Source: Eledone cirrhosa
Lineage: Eukaryota
Direction of reading: 5' to 3'
Assembly: GCA_964016885.1 (NCBI GenBank)
Contig: OZ024761.1
Location: forward strand, 9,920,001 to 9,984,000
Length of the DNA stretch: 64,000 bases
This document shows positions 56,590 to 64,000 of the stretch, one piece after another. The notes beneath the pieces were generated by a model. It had not been told where the DNA came from. It was given only the letters and a program-made list of their open reading frames with translations, and searched no databases. The translations under genes and the position numbers were made by a program. Position 1 is the stretch's first letter. Each line of letters opens with the position of its first letter.

Positions 56590-57818
56590 CTATCGTCACC
56601 ACAACCACCACCACTACCACCACCACCAACATCACCATCACGTCCACTATCATCATCATCATCATCATTATCGTCATCATTATCATCACCACAACCACTA
56701 CTACCACCACCATCATCACAACCATGACCATTACCGTCACCACTACCACCACCATCTTCACCACCGTCACCACTACAACCACCATAGTAGTAGTAGTAGT
56801 AGTGGCGTAGGTTGTGGGGGTGCTGTTGGTGGTGGTTGTGGTGGAGGGTGGTGGTGTTGGGCTCGCCCAGAAGCAACAATCGTCTCTGGCAGATTGAAAG
56901 AGAGGACTTGGGAACTTGAGACTTGACTTAGTCGGAGTTTGTCGGAGTTAGTCGGAACGGATGGTGCTGCGGTTGAGGTGGAGGGTGGGGTGAAGAATGG
57001 CGAATTGGGTGGAGGGTGGTGCCTCGGTATTGTCGTATCGTGATATCGTTGAGTGTAGTGGTGTGTGCTTGTGTGTGTGTGTGAACTTGTGTGTATGTGT
57101 GTGTGCATGTATGTGTGTGTGTTTGTTGACAACAAACAACAGCTGTGATATGCGCACAAAGCGGTTGGATTGTTTGTTAATGTCGACACACACATAAATA
57201 CAAACACATACAAACGTATACACACGCATATACATACATTTATGCATACATTCATATATACGCACTATCACCAACATACTTTCCACAGGACCGGTGAGGT
57301 CACCCTGTGGGACACAATCTTTATGCACCACAATGTGTTTAGTCCGGAACTATGATAGTTCAACACACTTTGTTGCATATCATGCACGTTGCTTCACCAG
57401 GTCTTTGTTGAATGGTGTTGCGGGTGGTTATCCTTTCATGTGACTTCCATACACATACTTACACATACTTACACACTACGCACACACTTTTATATCTGTG
57501 TGTGCATTTACTTATACAAATGTACACACGGGAGGGCATCTTTGATGCTGGGGAACTCACACTTATATATATATGTGTATATATATATGTGTGTGTGGGA
57601 GGGGGTGGGGATCCACTACTATTACCACTACTACTACTACTACCACCACTACCACCACTACCACCACTACTACCACCACCACTACTACTACCACCACCAA
57701 CACCACCACTACTACTACCACCACCACCACCACCGCCACCACCACCACTACCACTACCACCACCACTACTACTACTACCACTAACACCACCACTACTACT
57801 ACTAATACCACCACCACC

Positions 57819-57854
<36 letters not shown>

Positions 57855-58264
57855 CACTGTTCTATCAATTATATCACCTTTTGATGAGGTGAGGTAGTCC
57901 CACAATTATCAGATCATCTGACATATTAATTGTGCTGTATCACTCTGGGGAGACATGTTGCGACATCTGGTGGATGAGGCCGGGACTTGCGATGTTTTGA
58001 GACGGTAGGTGGTGAGTTAGGGGGTGACGGGCACAGCGGGGATAGGGATATGTATGTATAAACAAGTAGAGAGAAGAGGTAGAAAGGTAGGGTAGGGTAA
58101 GGAGGGGAGGGGGGAGGTGTGGTAGATAGATAGAGGGGGCTGGGAGAGGGAGCTGAGAGGGGTTGAGAGAGAGAGATGTGTAAGTAGGTTAGTAGGTAGG
58201 TTGGTAGGTAGATAGACAGATAGAAAGCCAGATAGATAGATAGTAGATAGATAGATAGAGAGAA

Positions 58265-58323
<59 letters not shown>

Positions 58324-58371
58324 GAGCTAGATAGTGAGAGAGAGAGAGAGAGAGAGATAGCTAGATAGATA

Positions 58372-58411
<40 letters not shown>

Positions 58412-59874
58412 TGTACTCGCATGTTCTACTCTTGATTGAATTCTCAGTGTTTATTTTAAGCAACCATTTTATCCGATGCCGAAGTTCCAAAGAAAAGAAG
58501 GAGAAAGTAAAAAAAAAACAATGACTAACAACAGACGACTATTCCTTTCACATCTCAACATTCTTTGCCCGCCCATTTATGCCTTGTTTATAAATTTATT
58601 CATAATTTTAAAAAGTGAAACCGATCATTAATCTTACAGATATTGTCATTATCTGTCGTCTTTGAATTATGAGGCTATGTTCTTTCTGGAATCTTCCAAG
58701 TTCAGTTATACTTTGATCCACACAGAGCCGATTAAGTTGCACCACTCTCTGCCTCCTGACGACGCCATATTGATTAGACACTAGTGAGCCCGTGCCGTCA
58801 ATAATGACAGCACTAGCATTGAACGTATTTAGTTTTTGGCAGGCCAGGATAGGTAAGCCAAGATTTACCAGATGTATTAACAACTGGAGTCCAGGATTGT
58901 TAAGTCTAATATATATTACTAGGTTTACCAGATGTATGAACAATCATACAAACTGGAAAATTTATGCTTATGATAAATGAATGGTTTGCATAAGAGAAAC
59001 CCTATAGTTTATGTCGATTACTGATACATGGTATATATATCAGGATTACAGAATATATTAACAACCACACAAACTGGGAAATTTGTGTTATCTATGCATA
59101 TGTATGTGTATGTAAGTATGCATGTATATATGTATATATATATGTCGCATGGTCGGGTCGTCTGCGACTAAACCGGCAACCCCACCAAGGAGGGTGATTT
59201 TGGACACCCCGCAGGACAAAAATCAAAACCTGACAAAGGGCAAAAGAACTCATAAGAGTCAACGGCCACCCAAACGTGTGTAAATATGTATATACACATG
59301 TACATGTGTATGTATATGTATATGTGTATATACATGGGTGCATGTGTGTGTATATGCGCGGGGACATAGAAATAGTCGGGCTGGACACCCGATCGCGCGG
59401 TTAAACCATTGGGTGTGAAGGACCCCTAGCCCTTGTCAGGGTATTCTTCTAGGAGAGGGCAACTCATATCAAACAGCCCTGACAACTGTATATATAAACA
59501 AACATGGTACATTAGTATGGTTGATATCTGTAAACTCTGTATTGTCTTTTTCATTAGAGGCCTGTATTGTTTCATATGATATGTTGACGTCATCTAGGAA
59601 GCTACCTTCTTCCTCAACGGAATAGGTTTGTTTGTTGTATGTTGCTAGTGTGTGTGTTTGTGTGTGTTTGTTTGTTGTATGTTGCCAGTGTGTGTGTTTG
59701 TGTGTGTTTGTTTGTTGTATGTTGCCAGTGTGTGTGTTTGTGTGTGTTTGTTTGTGTGTGTATATATGTGTTTATATTAGTAAACGGTTATTGTCTTTTG
59801 CAAGCCTTGATACTCATGTGACCGGAACAAGTTGCCACCAAAACCACCCCTACCATCGCAGGGATGAAAAACAA

Positions 59875-60565
59875 AGCTAACCTCGGCGGGATTTAAACTC
59901 AGAACGTAAAGGGCCGTGACCTTATGCCACAAAGCATTTTGCCGAGGTTCTACCGATACTGCCAAATCAACGCCCTTAAAATGATAATAATGGTTTCTGA
60001 TTTAAGCACAAGACCAACAATTTTGAGAAGGGGAAGTCGAATAATGTTCCCCAGTGCATTACTGGTACTTTATTTTATCGACCCTGAAAAGATGAAAGGC
60101 TATCCTCGGCGAGATTTGAACTCAGATCACAAAGAGACGTAACTTTATGCTACAAAGCATGTTGTCCTGCGCTCTGCCAAATAATAATGGTTTCTTATAT
60201 AGGCACAAGGCCAGCAATTACCCAGTGCATTACTGGTACTTTATTTTATCGACCCCGTAAGGATGAAAGGCAAAGTTAACCTCGGCGGGATTCGAACTCA
60301 GAATGGCAAGGGCCGTAACTCTATGCGTCAAAGCATGGCGTCCGACCCTCTACCGATACTGCCAATCCCCAAATAATAATGGTTTCTTATATAGGCACAA
60401 GGCCAACACTTTCTGGGGAGGGGGAAGTCGATTAAATCGACCCCAGTGCATTACTGGTACTTTATGTTATCGACCCCGTAAGGATGAAAGGCAAAGTTAA
60501 CCTCGGCGGGATTTGAACTCAGATCATAAAGAGACCTAACTCTATGCTTCAAAGTCTGGCGTCCG
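59875..60565 (-). mobile_element. Head-to-tail cluster of about four SINE copies
   Basis: CCTCGGCGRGATTYRAACTCAGA recurs at about 59881, 60104, 60280 and 60501 with the SINE core. Confidence 0.85.
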
Positions 60566-60771
60566 TTGGCTTTAATATGTAGAAACTAGGCAATATGACG
60601 GCTGCAGCTTGATAACGCCTGTCGTCCTCATTAGGTGGAGTACCAACAATAGCTGAGAGTAAACCCAGTCTTGTACTTCCAGTTGGTTAACACCAATGAA
60701 ACGTTGAAACTAACGATAAGCACTGGCCTGATGGCTTGGATCGGACTTTAACTTTTCTTTAAAATATTTGA

Positions 60772-60878
<107 letters not shown>

Positions 60879-60958
60879 CGCGTGTGTGTGTGTGTGTGTG
60901 TATTGTTTGTGTGTGTGTGTATGTGTGTTTTGTGTGTTTTGTGTCTATGTGTGTGTAT

Positions 60959-60992
<34 letters not shown>

Positions 60993-62139
60993 TGTGTGTA
61001 TTGTATGTGTGTATGTGTGTGTGTTGTTTGTGAATTTTATCCTGGATTCTTTATTTTAGAGGTCGAGTGGACGACGGATAGAGAGAGATTCTCTTGAAGT
61101 GGCCGGAAGTGTGACAAAATGGCGGTTTGAGAGCGAAAACCGACGGAACGGAAGAGAAAGATAGAAAGACGTGGGTGAGTGAGAGAGGGACAGAGTGAGA
61201 GGGGGGCTGGAGAGAGAGAGAGGGTGGAGTGAGCGAAAGGGGAGAGAGGGAGTGAGTGAGAGGAGTGAGGGAGAGCGAGAGAGAGGGTGGAGGGAGAGAG
61301 AGAGGTTGAGGAAAAGGAACAGAGAGGGAGAGGGAGAGGAAAATAGTGCGGTGAGAGATGATGATGGTGATGGTGATGGTGAGGATGATGGTGATGATAA
61401 AAATGATGATGGTGATAATGATGGTGATGATGATGATGGGGGGGGGGACAGCAGAGGACATTTGACACTCAATAGAAAAATATAGTGAAAGAGAAACACA
61501 CATTATTTGTGTGTGTGTGTGTGTGTAGTGTAGTGTGTAGTGTGAGTGTGTGTGTGTGTAGTGTGTGTGTGTGTGTGTAGTGTGTGTGAGAGTGTGAGAG
61601 TGTGTGAGAGTGTGTGTGTGTAGTGTGTGTAGTGTGTGTGTGTGTAGTGTGTGTAGTGTGTAGTGTGTGTGTAGTGTGTGTGTGTGTGTGTGTGTGTGTG
61701 TAGTGTGTGTGTGTAGTGTGTGTGAGAGTGTGTGAGAGTGTGTGTGTGTAGTGTGTAGTGTGTGTGTAGTGTGTGTGTGAGTGTGTGTGTGTGTAGTGTG
61801 TGTGTGTAGTGTGTGTGAGTGTGTGTGTAGTGTGTGTGTATGTAGTGTCTATGTGTATGTTGATGAATGTGCGTATATGTGTATATATGTATGTATGTGT
61901 ATGTGTATGTTGATGAATGTGTGTATATATGTATATATGTATGTATGTATATGTGTATGTTGATGAATGTGTGTATATGTATATATATGTACGTGTGTAT
62001 ATGTGTATGTTGATGAATGTGTGTGTATTCAAAGTTTAAAACAAAGTGAAACATGTTTAACACAAAAGATAATTTACATGTGGAGGAATTAAGAGAGTAG
62101 TAAGAACGTAACACAACACCCCACCCACCTCCAGCTATT

Positions 62140-63118
62140 CTGTCAACTTCAGGGGTCAATATAATAAATGCAAGGTCAGGGTCCCCCTGAATTCAAAGCC
62201 ACCCAGGTTCAATTTTGTTGTACATCCTTTCGGAGTCAATAAAATAAATACAAGACCAGGGTCCCCCTAATTCAAACCCATCCAAGTTCAACTTTGACTT
62301 TCACCCTTTCGGGGGTCAATAACACAAACAATATACTAGGGAGCTGAATTCAAACCCAGCCGAGATCAACTTAGCCGGTCATCCTTTCGGAGTCAATAAA
62401 ATAGATACAAGACCAGGGAATTGAATTCAAACCCAGCCAGGTTCAACTTGGCTTTTCATCTTTTCGGGGTCAATATAATAAACATTGGACTAGGGACCAG
62501 AATTCAAACCCAGCCAAGTTCATCTTTGCCATTCATCCTTTCGGGGGTCAATAAAACAAACATTAGACCAAGGACCAGAATTCAAACCCAGCCAAGTGCA
62601 TCTTTGCCCTTCATCCTTTCGGGGGTCAATAAAACAAACATTAGACCAAGGACCAGAATTCAAACCCAGCCAAGTGCATCTTTGCCCTTCATCCTTTCGG
62701 GGGTCAATAAAACAAACATTAGACCAAGGACCAGAATTCAAACCCAGCCAAGTGCATCTTTGCCCTTCATCCTTTCGGGGGTCAATAAAACAAACATTAG
62801 ACCAAGGACCAGAATTCAAACCCAGCCAAGTGCATCTTCGCCCTTCATCCTTTCGGGGGTCAATAAAACAAACATTAGACCAAGGACCAGAATTCAAACC
62901 CAGCCAAGTGCATCTTTGCCCTTCATCCTTTCGGGGGTCAATAAAACAAACATTAGACCAAGGACCAGAATTCAAACCCAGCCAAGTGCATCTTCGCCCT
63001 TCATCCTTTCGGGGGTCAATAAAACAAACATTAGACCAAGGACCAGAATTCAAACCCAGCCAAGTGCATCTTCGCCCTTCATCCTTTCGGGGGTCAATAA
63101 AATAAACATTAGACAAGG
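62140..63118 (+). repeat. 78-bp minisatellite derived from the SINE B-box/core; about 8 homogeneous units preceded by diverged units
   Basis: Unit GACCAGAATTCAAACCCAGCCAAGTGCATCTTTGCCCTTCATCCTTTCGGGGGTCAATAAAACAAACATTAGACCAAG aligns with SINE GAGTTCAAATCCCGCCGAGGT.AACTTTGCCTTTCATCCTT.CGGGGTCGATAAAA. Confidence 0.88.
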
Positions 63119-63497
63119 GTAGTGAATTCGTTATTGGTAGAATCGTTAGAATGCCGTGTGCGATGGCTAGCGGTGTTTGTTCATACACCAACCATATACG
63201 TAAAAGCCTAGCGGCCAAGTTAGGGATTTACTAAGGCCCTGTCTCATCATTAGATTATCACCTCCCACCACCACCTTCTCCCACGCCTCTTCGCTCTATC
63301 GGTGTCGCTCTACATAAACACAACAGTACTACAGGTACTAATGTGTTTAGCACGTTCAGGGTTGCTCTTCAAATGTAAACAAGTGTGTGTCTGTGACATC
63401 CTCTCTCACTCATAAAGACGTGAGCAGCACTGTCTGGTAGTTACACACACACACACACACACATACACAAATACACACACACACATACATACACAAT

Positions 63498-63554
<57 letters not shown>

Positions 63555-63618
63555 AAATATTAAAAATGGGAAATATTTTCATAACCAAAGTGTGTGTGTG
63601 TGTGTATGAATATATGTT

Positions 63619-63673
<55 letters not shown>

Positions 63674-63702
63674 AAATGAAAATCTGAAGGCAAGGTAAAA
63701 TT

Positions 63703-64000
63703 CTAATCATTTTAATCACGACACATGTTTCAATAAGAGATAGATCGATCGTAAAGCCATGATCAATTATCACTGATCTCATCAGGTGAAAATGAATTCT
63801 CTTCAAATTCTTGATATGAGGTATTTCTGACTTCTGAATCTTCATAAATAAACTCTGTGAGTGAACATTGCTAATTTTCTCCCTCATATCAAGAATTTGA
63901 AGAGAATTCATTTTCACCTGATGAGATCAGTGATAATTGATCATGGCTTTACGAGCGATCTATCTCTTATTGAAACATGTGTCGTGATTAAAATGATTGG
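63703..64000 (+). mobile_element. Fold-back element with a complete hammerhead in each arm (runs off the window)
   Basis: Arms 63703-63821 / 63882-64000; TCAC-CTGATGA-long stem II region-GAAA-CATGTG-TC-GTGA at 63914-63987. Confidence 0.8.

Noticed and set aside
59144-59480. Structured GC-richer segment (GTCGCA...TGCGACTAAAC; CTAGGAGAGGGCAACTC), possibly an RTE 5' UTR or ribozyme
   Set aside because: Could not fit it to an HDV, twister or hammerhead consensus by eye; needs a covariance-model search
62421-63218. 26-aa repeat proteins on both strands
   Set aside because: The unit is SINE-derived and its length is a multiple of 3, which explains the open frames

Overview
Eukaryotic (animal) genomic DNA, extremely rich in microsatellites ((TA)n, (CA)n, (GATA)n, (CATA)n, trinucleotide runs). 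A cephalopod mollusc is my inference from the repeat landscape, not proven. Almost all ORFs in the supplied track are microsatellite artefacts. There is one credible host gene, an intronless class A GPCR (4814-5890, minus). The rest is mobile DNA: a near-intact Penelope-like element (RT + GIY-YIG, Naiad-like) with a 3' hammerhead ribozyme and ~60-bp terminal direct repeats, sitting in (TA)n; about ten short, mostly (TA)n-embedded elements carrying intact or decayed hammerhead cores, many folded back on themselves; a full-length Tx1/L1-type LINE plus a chimeric copy and six 3' stubs, all abutting (GATA)n; RTE and CRE-like LINE fragments; two non-autonomous Helitrons; many tRNA-type SINE copies; and tandem arrays (50, 26, 80, ~83, 78 bp units), three of which are visibly amplified pieces of retroelements. 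The main candidate system is a set of retroelements that partition the microsatellite classes, including a diverse hammerhead-bearing mini-element family next to a plausible autonomous driver. Coordinates were read by eye and may be off by a few bases.
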